From Tubiluchus corallicola (Eukaryota; Animalia; Priapulida), in assembly GCA_030141605.1 (NCBI GenBank), contig JAQGDQ010000081.1, positions 620,001-684,000 of the forward strand: a stretch of DNA of 64,000 bases, in the 5' to 3' direction. Positions 1 to 12,825 of this stretch are shown here, in pieces. The notes under the pieces were generated by a model. It was not told the origin of the DNA. It saw nothing but the letters and a program-made list of their open reading frames with translations, and made no database searches. The number at the start of each line of letters is the position of its first letter. Position 1 is the first letter of the stretch. Position numbers and translations under genes: made by a program.

Positions 1-853
1 TGATTCCTTTTTATAGTAGCTGGGTACTTTCTCTTACAACTAATGAAGACTGTGAAATAAATGTGCAAAGGAGTTAGCTGCGTGTTTTAACAAAATTTCA
101 TTCAAGCGCAAAATTTTGCTGAGGTGAAAATTAGTTCTAAATGCAAGCTTTTTTTGGGCACTTCTAATATATGAAACTGATGAATGTTTGAGCATTAGAT
201 GCTGTACTTATGCTATACTTAATTGTTTATTGTGTAAGTGCCCATGAGCATTGTCAATAACACTTCGGAAATTAACTTTTTCATGACAATGTTGATGTTT
301 AACTGATAGCCTCCTAACCACCGGTAGGCATGTAACATAACATCGTGACATGTAAGCACCGTTTTTTATTGTATTGCAAATTGGAAGCCATGTGCTACAC
401 AGTTTTATGCAATGTTTTTCATTTAAGTAATTATTTTATAAATTTTCATAGTTACAAATAATAGTGCTTGTCTGGAGATGACTACATACCTGCTATTTTA
501 TTTGCTGGCACTGAATGTCATATACATGTTATTATTAAACTGTGTTTGACAGGCTTCATTAGTACCATTAAGATGAGCTACTGTAGTTCTATACCTGCCT
601 CTGGTTGTCAGCCATTGTTTCTTGTGAGCCAGTTATTCATCTTAGAAATTTATTTACCTTTTACAAAAGTATTGCATTTGAAATACGAATTTGTAGCTTA
701 TACTCAATGGCTAGTAGCCTAACAGTGTATGTGCTGTAAATGGCTTTGCAACTGTACCTGTCTATCTAGAGCAATAGACAGTCAAACTTACCAAAAGTTC
801 TCTTCATCTGCCTAGCTCATAGTTTTGTTGATTTAATTGTGCTTCACTTGTAG

Positions 854-897
854 AGTGCTAAAGATTCATTGTTTCTGCAGTCATCGGTGCCATCAAG
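854..897 (+). CDS. LSM11: Candidate upstream LSM11 coding exon (SAKDSLFLQSSVPS)
   Basis: tgtag acceptor and gtaatg donor; ends in phase 2, which is what exon 6587 needs (AG+C = Ser). No recognisable motif, so support is phase only. Confidence 0.3.
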
Positions 898-2399
898 GTA
901 ATGGTAATAGTTTGTGTAGGCCTAATACACGTAGCTATTTTAATAAAACCTGAATTTGTGTTGCTTCTTTTCTCCCAATTTTTCTAAGGTCTACCTTCTC
1001 TTGCTTAATATGAATTATTAATAGGTGGCAGTATCAGTGCTGTAAATAGTGCTGGTAATTATGTGGTATAAACTGGTGGCTTATATTTGGCAGCTGCAAT
1101 GAAACAGCATGACCCTTCAACCAATATCAAGTGCTCAATATAACACTTAAATCACGTGCACCCTGAGCAGAATGTTTTTGTTTTGCCACCTTTGCCGTTT
1201 TTGTACAGGTCTTTTCTGGTCAGTGTATGTGAACATATTTTACGAGATTCAAAGACTTTGTAAGAAAATCCACCTTGTTATTACCATTCAATGTGTAATT
1301 ATGATTATGGAATAAGGAATTTGTTGAATATCAAATAAATAAATCATGTAAAAACATCTAGTAAATGATTTTTTACTATTAGTTATTACTGCAAACTACA
1401 ACTAAAGTTAGCAAAAAAATATCCAATTTTCAGAAAATTCCCGACCTAAACTTAACGTTAATTACAATATCCCTTGTGGAATGCGTTTTAATTCCTCGGC
1501 TTCAGTAACTCTTGTTGGATGTATGACGCTCTTTTAACGAAAATGAAATCCTCAAGCTTTAACATCACGGAATGCAACCTGCAATGTGAACGGGGTTCAG
1601 CCTTGCTTGCGTCATGCATGTGGATCCACAACATGATTCCAGTCACACCGCACTACGGGGCCATGCTGCATCAGATGTAGCTCACCGGCCCACACCTAAC
1701 TATGTACTGCCGCTAGTGTTATCGGTGGTGACCACCATGGCGACAACGACGTGGTTGTCAACAACAACAGCTTAGTGAAACCTAATTGCAAAAACATTTT
1801 GCGCACTATATAACATTTTGCAAAACTATATAAAAATTTAATGACAAGCATTATTAGGCCCATCCACTGTTGATAATTAATGTACAGCTCCATCCACTAA
1901 TAATAATAATTAATGTGCAGATGCTTTGTTTACTGCTCTTGTAAATGATAGCCAGCAACAGCTTAACATCACTAGAGTACAGATAGATGCAATGACGCCA
2001 CCCAATGCTATGCGTCATGCAGCTTTCTACGCGAGAATTACCCAAAATTATCCCGTTCTTGAGGGCTTGACGCAAAACTTGAACAATAAAGGTATTACAT
2101 GCCCAGTATGTAAAACTATGACCTTCATTTTTCGGGCGAAAATGCAGAGCAATTTGTGCTGAACACAGATTTTGTAGTATTTATTTTGCAGTGTTTGCCA
2201 GTTTTTATTTAATAGAGCCGTTGGTCCACATGCCCTATAAATAATATATCTTTAATAATAATAGCGTAGCTGTTAAAATTTTTAGTAGATAAGCAGTCAC
2301 GAACTCCGTCAGCTTATTTCGTGACGTCATTTTGTTCAGCGCTTTCACATCAGCCGCTTTTCCAATCTTGAACGTATTTGTATATCTCTAAGTGCAGTT

Positions 2400-3600
2400 T
2401 AGTCTTGAAACACTGTCTTTTTTTTATCTGTCAAAATCAGCTCCCAACAGCGTTCTTACTTTTAGAGCTTGGTTAATTTTGATATTTACTTCCTTCAATT
2501 TTGCTGTATTATCAGCATACAAATCACCAATTGCAGCATTACTTCCACCCATTATTTCATTCAATTTTTCACATGTTAATAAAATTAATGTTCTGTAGTG
2601 CCTTCACTGTTTTCACATCATCAGCATTTGACAACTCCTTTAAAGTCATTTTTATAATTTGCTTTTAACTCTGACCATATTTAGCTTCCACTCTGTAATT
2701 TCGTTAAGTGTTTTTCTGCACATTTTACAACATATTTCATTGGTTCACCCCTCTGTTCTGCTCTATTACTTAATAGTCGCAGCTTTGTTTCGCATCTTAT
2801 TTTTAACACACTTTCATTTCCTAAATACTGGTTTTTCGCACATTTAATTTCCTTTTTCCACAATGATTTCTTTTTTATCGAATGACTGTTTATTTATATC
2901 TAAACCATATTTACTTGCTATTTTTCCACACTTTCACACCAGCCGCCCTTAGTAGATGTTTGTGTAATGCTTTTTAATATTTTATGTGCACCTTCTGTCC
3001 TCATCAAAATTCACTAATGCTATTGACTACAATAACACTTTTTTGTAATGAATCCTATTTTCAAGGGTCCGAATTCCAAGTTTTAACAATAAGCCCCAAT
3101 AACTAGTACTAATTCTTTGATTTACTATTTCGAATAGTATGTCTTTCTGCCACTGTTTTATTTGCTGCCACCGAGTTTTGTTTAACTCAGCCCACGTTTC
3201 TGTGTTAAACACAATGGATGGTAATATAACTGACTCGTATAACAATAGTCTCGTTTTCGTGTATTCCGACCCAACCTCACTTGAACTACTCCAGTTTATT
3301 AATTCCAATTTCCCTTTTCATGTACTCAAATTTTCACTCCATTTTCCAATACTCATTCTATGTCCACCTGTTTCAGTTATATAATCACCCAGACATTTAT
3401 AATTACATCCTATTTTCACATCAACATTTGTCACGGAGAAGATTACAACCTCATTTTGAGCTTCGTTTTTAAACATGGTCCGTATACATTGTGATTTGTT
3501 TGTATTAATTGTTATTTTTTTCATCTTTTCCATCAATCTACAATTATTGACAATCTGTTTTACCTCTCCCTCCATATCCTAGAATATCATCCACAAAAAT
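2400..3600 (-). mobile_element. Decayed non-LTR retrotransposon (LINE) RT and C-terminal fragment
   Basis: Minus strand gives IFVDDI (RT catalytic motif) at ~3600-3583, then YKCLGDYI and KTRLLLYESVILPSIVFNTETW...LGIRTLENRIHYKK, with many stops and frameshifts. Confidence 0.8.
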
Positions 3601-3689
3601 TGTCGAATCGATTTGAACATCAAACATCGCGAGTTTTCTTTCCGCTATACTGTTAACTTTTTGTGTACTTACACCACGTTCAGCTGTTC

Positions 3690-4240
3690 ATCTATGATGA
3701 AAACAGTTTAGCAAAACAAGTAGTACTTGGGCAAGAAAAAAGGGCGTAATTTATAAGGATTGCTAGTATTCATAAATATGTGAAATCATAGATAAATATG
3801 GAAAGAAGGACAAGATTAAGCAAATAAAACATAGAGAAATTGAAAAATCAACATGGAAAAAAGAAATAAAAAAAGTTCTAAATCAAAAAAAAATTACAGG
3901 AACATAAAGTTCAGAGAATGACAAAATTAAGATTTCTTGATGGTGAGAAATATGATAAACAACGATATATCAGTGAGCGACTGAGCGTGGTCTGGCGAAT
4001 ATAGCTAATATATTAAGGAAATTAAATTTAATATGAAAGAATTGAAATGCAATTACAAAGGAAATAATGGGAAGATTTACTATGCCCTAAGGGCAGGATT
4101 CAAGAAATACAACAGAATAAGCATTAAGTTGTAAGAAGTCGGAAATCAACAGAAATAGGAACCCTTGAATGACAGTAAAGGCATTATAGAGAAATTATGG
4201 AATCAAGAGAAAACACAGAGTTGTTATAATGAAATGTAAT
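3690..4240 (+). mobile_element. Decayed LINE 3' fragment related to the adjacent minus-strand element
   Basis: Translates in pieces as ENSLAKQVV...IEKSTWKKEIKKVL...MTKLRFL...ELKCNYKG, paralleling LWKKEIKC...TKLRLL...ELKANYK in the 2400-3000 minus-strand fragment. Confidence 0.6.
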
Positions 4241-6586
4241 GAAGGGGAAGGGTGACACTCGTATGCAGAACCTGGATTGATCATAATAACGTCAGAAGAA
4301 AATAATCTGCTCTTGCACACTCAATAGGTTGTGCTCACCCAGGAAAAGGTGAAGTGGAGCCAGTGAACCGCTGTTCGCGGTAGTTTGATGCATTTCGGTA
4401 TGCGTTGATGTCGAGAGAATTCTTCGTAAGCAGAGTGACAGACTGACAGTGTGAAAACATTTAGAGCGGGACGAAGAAATAGAGAAATTGTCTGTAAAAC
4501 TGTGAAATACAGGTGCATAATTACTTTTCTAAGGGAAACCTAATGTGCTATCTGCGATTATTCCGTAACCGTCTGTCATGTGGTTAAGAACCATATATCT
4601 TGCAATCGTGGCACACTAATTACGAAAATAATATTAGTTTTGCATAACTTCTTCGACATTAATTATTAAATTAAGATTATACTGTGGATTTTTGAATGCG
4701 TAGTTGCGATTCCGAATGATGTAATTGTAACATTAGAGTAAAAATCAATAGTGTGAAGGAGGAAAACTTCAGAAGATTCACAATTGCATTTCCACCATCA
4801 CAACGTATACCATTTTATGTGGCTTGCTGACGATACACTCGTTCTAAGTATTACTATTAGTATTACTGACAATGTATAACTGTGCTGACTTGTATTATTA
4901 TATATAAGTAATGGAGTTGCAAGATTTTTTAAACAAGAGTTACAGAAACATGAAAATTGCTGTGAAACAATTGTAATAGTCACCTAGTAAAACTAATAAT
5001 AATAATAATATTTATTTAAAGTTGGCTTTTGATTAAGTGTAAACATAAGCTCAAAGAGCTTTTTTCCCCGACTGTAAATAACAAATCTACAACTACATAG
5101 CAGAGACTAATCTACCTATCAGACTTACCAGAAAGAATAATGAACCTATGTAAAAACCAATAATTCTAAACTGATCTATGCACTAAGTCGCTGCTTTTGA
5201 ATATGGCCTAGAAAAATGCTTGTTTCTGGTAGCCAACTCACTATATCATTTTATGTGCAACTTTTTTATGTTTATCAAAATTATTTTTTTTCCTATTGAT
5301 GATCATTCACCAGATTCACGTTTTATACAGCTGCTTCTATTATGCAAACAAAATTTCCAAAATGATGCAAATTGTAACTTGGTACCCTGATAGTTATCAG
5401 ATTCCACTGCAGCTAGCAGACACCGCTGCAGCTTGCACAGTGTGACTCATAAAGAAACAATCTAATAGTGATTGTTCATAACAAAATTGTGTGTATGGTA
5501 CTATAATTCAGATATTTCTTGTTATCTGGGCTAACTATGTCAAAAGTGCATGTAAGTTGCGAATTTCTGTAAAAGTAAAAGTGGGCCTCTCAAAGCATTT
5601 CATTTACCATTTAGTTTGGGACTCGGCACAGTTTGGGTCTTGGCCATAGTCTAACAAGCAGAACATGTTGAGATAAAGGACATAATAAACTGATTCAAAA
5701 CTTATGCTATGCAAAAAATATTTTTAGTTCATCTATCTATAGTACTGCTACATTTAGTACATATGCACCTTATAAGTTAGGCCTATTTACAAGAAAACTG
5801 TAGTAAAAGTAAAAATTAGAAAATATAAAAAATAAAATAATTAAACAATAAACTTTTATAATATTTAGAAACTTCTTGTTAATTTACACAATAGCCATGG
5901 CGCACTAATATTTAGGCATACGATAAACATAAATGGTTTAGTGATGAGAGTAGCTTGAACACTAATTGCTGAAACTGCCTGTTCTCATGATCTGTCCAGT
6001 GAGTGGCCAGTGTTAGTGTTTACAATTACATGTTCACATGCTGGCTTTTTTATTATTGTTGAAAAAAGAAAAATCAAGCACGCAGAGGCATTTTAGCTTA
6101 TTAATTAGTTAAAAAAAGGATCGCTTATACTTTTTAATAAAATGATGTTTTTTTTAAATAAAATGAAGCAAAAAGCGAAAAACTCACAAAAAGACTTGAT
6201 AAACTACTGTATTAGCAATTGATTTGTATTAGTATTGTGTGGTTAATCTAACATGTGAAATTGAAAAATGTGGTGGGTCCCTTCAATGGCATGCAGAGTT
6301 CAGGTACAAAAAATGTGGAGATGTTTTGAAATTGCAAAAAATGTGTTGGCAGTTAAGGTGATACTGTTATCATTAGATATCTTTTAAACTAACATTTCTT
6401 CAGTTCTTAACACTGGTATTACTGTCATCAATATTAAATTACTTTGTTAATGTGTCATATTATAGACAGAACTTATAACTGGCTGACTTCAGTAGTTTCG
6501 TAATGATGATATTTATTGTTTACGTGCAAGTTAAATGCTGTTGGTAATTGCATTGTTTAATAGCTCTGTCTGTATTTTAATTATAG

Positions 6587-9500
6587 CCAAAATCGTAATT
6601 ACGTAATGGATGTGAAAGGAGCAACTGATTCTGTGTGTAAAAGAAAAAGTCATAATTCGTTCAAGCCAGGAAAGGAAAATACGGGAGAAGACACATCTAT
6701 AACTAAACTTCCTGGCACCAAGCCAAGGTGCCATAGAAATGTGCTAACTCGAATGACATGTATGTCAGTAATTTATGACTTGTTTTTTTCTGAATTTCTG
6801 TTAGTTTTTACTGCACATAAGTTCACATACAAAACTAAAAAAATCTGAAAAATTTTGCAAAAAATTGAAATAAATTTTATTTTCGTTTTAAATTTACTGA
6901 ATGGACCCAACTTAAAACTGACTCCGAGCTTCATCAATAAAAATATTTTGCTTTATTAGAGTCCACAACAGCGTTCTTTTGTATTTTGTCAGTAAAACAT
7001 TCACCCTTTTTTGTAACTAAATATTTTTAAAGCAAAATGTTTTCTGTATTTTGTGTGCAAAATTTTTGTTGAAATCTTTGGGTTACCACAAAAACTTAAA
7101 TGGAAGTAGACTATGTTTAGCTGTCTAATTTGATATTTTAAATTGCCACTTGTACATCGGTAAGCATTTCCTGATCACTTTTCAATGTATAATGTTTATG
7201 TGTTTTATTTTAGCATCCCAGGGTCCATTGGGTGTGCTCAACAAGTGCGTGCAGCAGCGTATTAGAGTGAAAGTGTGGACTAGAAGCTACAACGAAGTGC
7301 GGGGCTTTTGCACTGGTTATGTTGTGGCATTTGACAAGCATTGGAACCTGGTAAAATTGCTATGTTTGTATTTAATTAAAACTATAATTTTCTGTGTTTT
7401 TAAAACTTCGAAGGCTACTATTTTGCATCTAAACTCATTTATGAATTTAGTGTAAGTTGCCTATTTCGTAGTTTAATAATGTCCAAAATGGCTTCAGCAG
7501 ATGACTAACTTTATTAATTGTTTTGTTAAATGACATGAGCTACTACTTACTCTCAGAACTTTTTTCAAAATCTTTGCTCTTGCACTTTTGTGTAAAAAGG
7601 CGGTCTGTAATAGATTTTGCTTGTTAACGATAGCCTTATATGTATATATGCGTCCTTTTTAATTTGATGCTATAAAGTATTTCTTGTGGCTAATCTACAT
7701 AATTTATAATAAAATTATCAGCTACCATACGAAGTTAAATGGCATGACATTAAATTTTTGAATTTTATTGAACTATTTTTCATTGCTTTAGGCATTGGTT
7801 GATGTTGACGAAGTTCATGTTGATCCAGTTGCTCGGAAACAAGCTCAAGAAAAGGAACTAGGAAAGCTCAAGGTTTGCCACCATATTAATGGAATCTAAT
7901 ATTAATATAGAGAAGGTGTGCAGGCAAATTTGATCCATTTTTAAAACATAGTTAACATTCTTCTGTTGACAACTGAACTTAACTCATGGTATTACTAGAG
8001 TAATGAATCATTCACTACTATATGAATTGAAATTTATTGATCATGTCATTGGATTACTCTTATTCTTATATATTGGGATGAGGTGAATAGCAGAGTGGCC
8101 TTGGCATGTTTTTGGCTACACAGTTAAATAGTAGTCAATGGATTTTAATTGGTAACAGTGCTACAAAGATTTTTTTTATTGAACTTCATTAGTAATCGTA
8201 TAACAACATATACTCAGTGACGGATTCAAGTACATCAGTTGAATAGGCCTCACAGCATTGCGTATGTTGAGACCTCCACCTTGCCAGTAATTGCACCACT
8301 TTTTGTTTCAATTCAAAAGTTAAGACAATAATTTTTGGATGACTCTCTACCATAAAAGATTTCTGACATACAACATGACAGCATGACTACAGCTTTGCAT
8401 TTACAGTTGCTATGTTTTAATGGTTAATTTCTAAACCAAAAAAAAAATTTAGTTTAGCATTTATAAAATATACTCTTCAGGAGTCTCAAAAATAGGTTTA
8501 AATGCAGGAAATGCAAATCCTGCCTGCTTCTGCCCTACACCCAACTGCGAAAGCTTAAGTGTCATCTCACTAAAAGTTTTTGTCGCAGCTCGTTTTCCTG
8601 TATTGTGATTATTTTTCCAAATTTTCATTCGTTTCATTCCTTTGTTATTTAATTTAATTTCATTTATTTATTTGCACATCTGATTTATTTATGTCTTGCA
8701 TATGTCGAAAAATTTTGTTCGTTCCGTTTGTGTATTGAATAACAGTCGTTCTTGTATTTCGTTCGTAAAGCTTCCTCACCTTCTGAGGGCTCTTCTAGCT
8801 TTAATTTAAACAGGGCCTCAAATTCTGGATATATCACCTCATGCATAATATTCAGTTTTTTATGTCATACTGTGTCTATCTGTTCTTGTTACTGCTGGTA
8901 TTTTCGTGATTCTATTTTCACTTACATTACAGAAATCTCAGCAACGAATAAGGAGGAGAAAGTCACACCAAGAATGTCACAGCAATGATGCTTTACTGCC
9001 ACCTTGGACACCTGTTCATAAGGGCAATTTTGGGGAAACAATGTCACTAGTCAACTCATCTTCATTAGACAGTCATATCAAACTTCAAACTGATATTTCC
9101 ATGGATAGGTCTCACAAAATTGTAAAAGAGAAACAATGTTTGCAAAAATCGCAGTCTGTCCTCAACGTACCTTTGACTATTTATACTGCAAGAGCCATGA
9201 ACAGACAGAAAGAAGCAAACAAATTACTAAAGTCAGGAAAAGCAATGAGCTTTGGCAGTTGTGATACAAAATTTGGTATGACAGCTAAGTCAGCTCAATC
9301 AACCCATAGCTCGAATACTGAATCAATTCGATTGCCATTTGAAGAGGTAGTTGTTCCTACTCCTTTGTCTTCTGTTGTAGCAGCTGATCCAACATCTTTA
9401 CCATCGACTGTGATATGTCAGTCCACTACATTGCCTTCTAATGACGTTATTCAGTCAGTTAGCACCATTACTAAAAGTACTCCATTACCAGCTGGTGCTG

Positions 9501-12500
9501 CAGTGGATAGAGATGGTGCACTGGCTTCTTGTGTGACTTTTGAATCATTAGTATTGTCTTATAGTGATGAATGCAATGATACTGATGTGAACAAAACTGT
9601 AAGTAAGTTTAAGACAGAGGAGCCTAAATTTGAAGGAGAGAATATTACTGATAGTTCTGAAGAAGATGACACAGTTGTGAAAGTGAGAAGGTACCAACAC
9701 CCTGGTGACAGAAATGCTAATGAATGTCTCGACGCTCAAGTGGAGAAAATGAAATTTTCTGAATACGCAAAAGAGAAAGCTAAGTCTGAAAGAGAACTTA
9801 ATACTGATACCTCTAATGAAGAAAGCCCAGACATGACAGCAAAAGACTCGAAATGTCACAGTGACAAAATTCACCAGGAACTTCCTGATAATCAGTTAAA
9901 AGAAATGAGACCTATGCAGGGCCCAGTGAAAGAGCCCAAGTCTGATGGGGAGCTCTCTTCTGAAAGCTCTGATTATGATGATGACATTGTGGCTACAGAA
10001 AATTTCCAAAATCCTAATGATAAAAATAATGATAATGATAAACACTTTGATTCAAAAATAGGTATTGTTAAACCTGTGTCAGGTAATTTAGATTACTCTA
10101 AGTCTAAAGCAGAATTTTTAATCAACAGTTCTAACAATGTTAATAACTTAATGCCAGTTAAGAGTCTTGCACAGCATTCCAGTTGCACGGAAGATGAAAT
10201 TGAAGAGCTAACAATGCAGCTGGCCCACTTAAAAAGGCAACTAGACTTGCTTCAAAAAGAAGAAGAAACTTCTAATGTCAAACCTAATAAGTTGAGAAAC
10301 CATAGAAAATCTCCATCATCAAAATATTCTTATAGAAGAATAACTAAAACTGAAATTTCCCAAAGTCTTTTGCAGACTGAAAGCCATGCCAACAGGAGTA
10401 CACTTAATGTGCGAAAACAAAGGTTACTGTACTGTAGCAGTGATCAGCCAAAACACAAGAAACTAAAGAATAAAGCCGGTAAAAAGTCAAGAGAAACTGA
10501 ATCTAGGAGATTTAACAAAAATAAAATCACAGCGTACGACAAAAGCAGCAAACCTGAAGAAGAGGAAAGAAATTCCATTTTGGGAGACAGGGATTTACCA
10601 CCGATAAAGCGATCTGAAAATAGTGCTAGGTGCAATGAGCACAGAGATAATAGCAATAATGTAGAGAACAGTGTTTCTGATTCCAGAAGCACCGAATGGC
10701 GACGTGGTGATTGTCTAGAGCAACACAGGTCACGGCTGTATTCTCATCAGCGATATGCAAACAGTGACGAAAGTTATAAGCATAAAGATAATAGTGCTAA
10801 TACTGCAAAATGTGAAAGGCAGCTTGACTGTCCTCCAGAACTGCGCAGATCTCGAATGCATTCTCATCAGCGCTCTCAGAGCAGTGGTCGAAGTAGTAAA
10901 CATGGTTCATCAAGTAGAGCTAAAGATAGCAATGCAGAAAGGAAGCGTTCTAATTCTAGGAGCAGTGAAAAAAGTGAAAGGTGGCCTGGCGATTCTCTAG
11001 AGCAGCACGGATCTCGAATACATTCTCATCAGCGATCTCAAAACAGTGGTCGAAGTATTAAACATGGTTCATCAAGTAGAGCTAGATATAGCAATGCAGA
11101 AAGGAAGCGTTCTAATTCTAGGAACAGTGAAAAAAGTGAAAGGTCGTCTGGCGATTCTCTAGAGCAGCACGGATCTCGAATGCGTTCTCGTCAGCGATCT
11201 CAAAGCCTTGGTCGAAGTATTAAACATGGTTCTTCGCGTAGAGGTAAAGACAGCAATGCAGAAAGGAAGCGTTCTAATTCTAGGAGCAGTGAAAAAAGTG
11301 AAAGGTGGCCTGGCGATTCTCTAGAGCAGCACAGATCTCGAATGCATTCTCGTCAGCGATCTCAAAGCCTTGGTCGAAGTAATAAACATTGTTCATCAAG
11401 TAGAGCTAAAGATAGCAATGCAGAAAGGAAGTGTTCTAATTCTAGGAGCAGTGAAAAAAGTGAAAGGTGGCCTGGCGATTCTCTAGAGCAGCACGGTTCT
11501 CGAATGCATTCTCATCAGCGCTCTCAGAGCAGTGGTCGAAGTAATAAACATTGTTCATCAAGTAGAGCTAAAGACAGCAATGCAGAAAGGAAGTGTTCTA
11601 ATTCTAGGAGCAGTGAAAAAAGTGAAAGGTGGCCTGGCGATTCTCTAGAGCAGCACGGATCTCGAATGCATTCTCATCAGCGCTCTCAGAGCAGTGGTCG
11701 AAGTAATAAACATTGTTCATCAAGTAGAGCTATGGAGGAGGTTTGGGTGGGGGGATTCTCTGAAGCAGGACTTGTAAAGACAGCAATGCAGAAAGGAAGT
11801 GTTCTAATTCTAGGAGCAGTGAAAAAAGTGAAAGGTGGCCTGGCGATTCTCTAGAGCAGCACGGATCTCGAATGCATTCTCATCAGCGCTCTCAGAGCAG
11901 TGGTCGAAGTAATAAACATGGTTCATCAAGTAGAGCTAGATATAGCAATGCAGAAAGGAAGCGTTCTAATTCTAGAAGCAGTGAAAAAAGTGAAAGGCTG
12001 CCTGACGATTCTCTAGAGCAGCACGGATCTCGAATGCATTCTCATCAGCGCTCTCAGAGCAGTGGTCGAAGCAATAAACATGGTTCATTAAGTAGAGCTA
12101 AAGACAGCAATGCAGAAAGGAAGCATTCTAATTCTAGGAGCAGTGGAAAAAGTGAAAGGTGGCCTGGCAATTCTCTAGAGCAGCACGAGTGTCGAATTCA
12201 TTCTCATCTGCGAACTCAAAGCAATGGGCGAAGTAAAAAACATAGTTCATCAGTTAGAGAGAAAGATGCAGATGCAGAAAGGAGCCTTTATAATGACAGG
12301 AGAGAAAAAAGAGAAAAGCAATATGGCGATTCCACACCATGCTGGTCTCAGACATGCGTTAACCAGCGATGTCAAGGCATTGGACAAAGTAATGAGCATA
12401 AGCCATCAACTAGAAGCATAGGTAATAGTGAAGAGAATGAGCATTCTGGTTCCATGAGTGAACTACGGTTTGGTGATTCTTTGGCGAGAAACTATAATAC

Positions 12501-12675
12501 GCTACAAGAAGCTGATGAAAAACCTTTTGTTAAAACTGTTACAACTAATAAACAGTCCGCATCAGTTTTGCCTTACTCCGTATTTGGTAGTCAAGAAAAT
12601 TTAAGAAAGCGTCATGTTAATCAGTTGTTCATCAGAGGTGATAATGTTGTCATGATTAATTTACTTGATTCCTAG
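6587..12675 (+). CDS. LSM11: U7 snRNA-associated Sm-like protein LSm11, 3' portion; exons 6587-6759, 7214-7350, 7792-7872, 8933-12675 (last exon frameshifted by a 44-bp insertion at 11733-11776)
   Basis: GT-AG exons join in phase to give RNVLTRMTSSQGPLGVLNKCVQQRIRVKVWTRSYNEVRGFCTGYVVAFDKHWNLALVDVDE (LSm11-type Sm1 region). The C-terminal RHVNQLFIRGDNVVMI (Sm2) lies at ~12610-12660. The conserved N-terminal FLASH-binding region was not found and is probably upstream of the window. Confidence 0.9.
10851..12190 (+). repeat. Coding tandem repeat, 8 x 162 bp (54 aa: RMHSHQRSQSSGRSxKHGSSSRAKDSNAERKRSNSRSSEKSERWPGDSLEQHGS), with degenerate flanking copies
   Basis: Units start at 10851, 11013, 11175, 11337, 11499, 11661, 11867 (shifted +44 by the insertion) and 12029; a degenerate unit starts at 12191. 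Confidence 0.95.
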
Positions 12676-12819
12676 GGATCCTTGGCCATAATGGGTGAAT
12701 TTACCAAGCTGTGACATTTGAAAATTATCAGTCATGTTGAGAAGGCAGAAACTAACTGACAAGAAGAACACCTACCCTCACATGAAGATTAAAGAGGCTT
12801 CCATCGACTAAAAATGGTT

Positions 12820-12825
12820 AATAAA
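12820..12825 (+). terminator. Probable polyadenylation signal of LSM11
   Basis: AATAAA ~145 nt after the TAG stop. Confidence 0.5.

Noticed and set aside
11741-11768. Tiny GT-AG intron rescuing the LSM11 frameshift
   Set aside because: GT..AG pairs inside the insert give 19, 22, 25 or 28 nt; none restores the frame and all are too short. A larger intron cannot be excluded.
10851-12190. Regular repeat array as a possible CRISPR
   Set aside because: Contiguous 162-bp in-frame units with no unique spacers, no cas genes, and a eukaryotic context.
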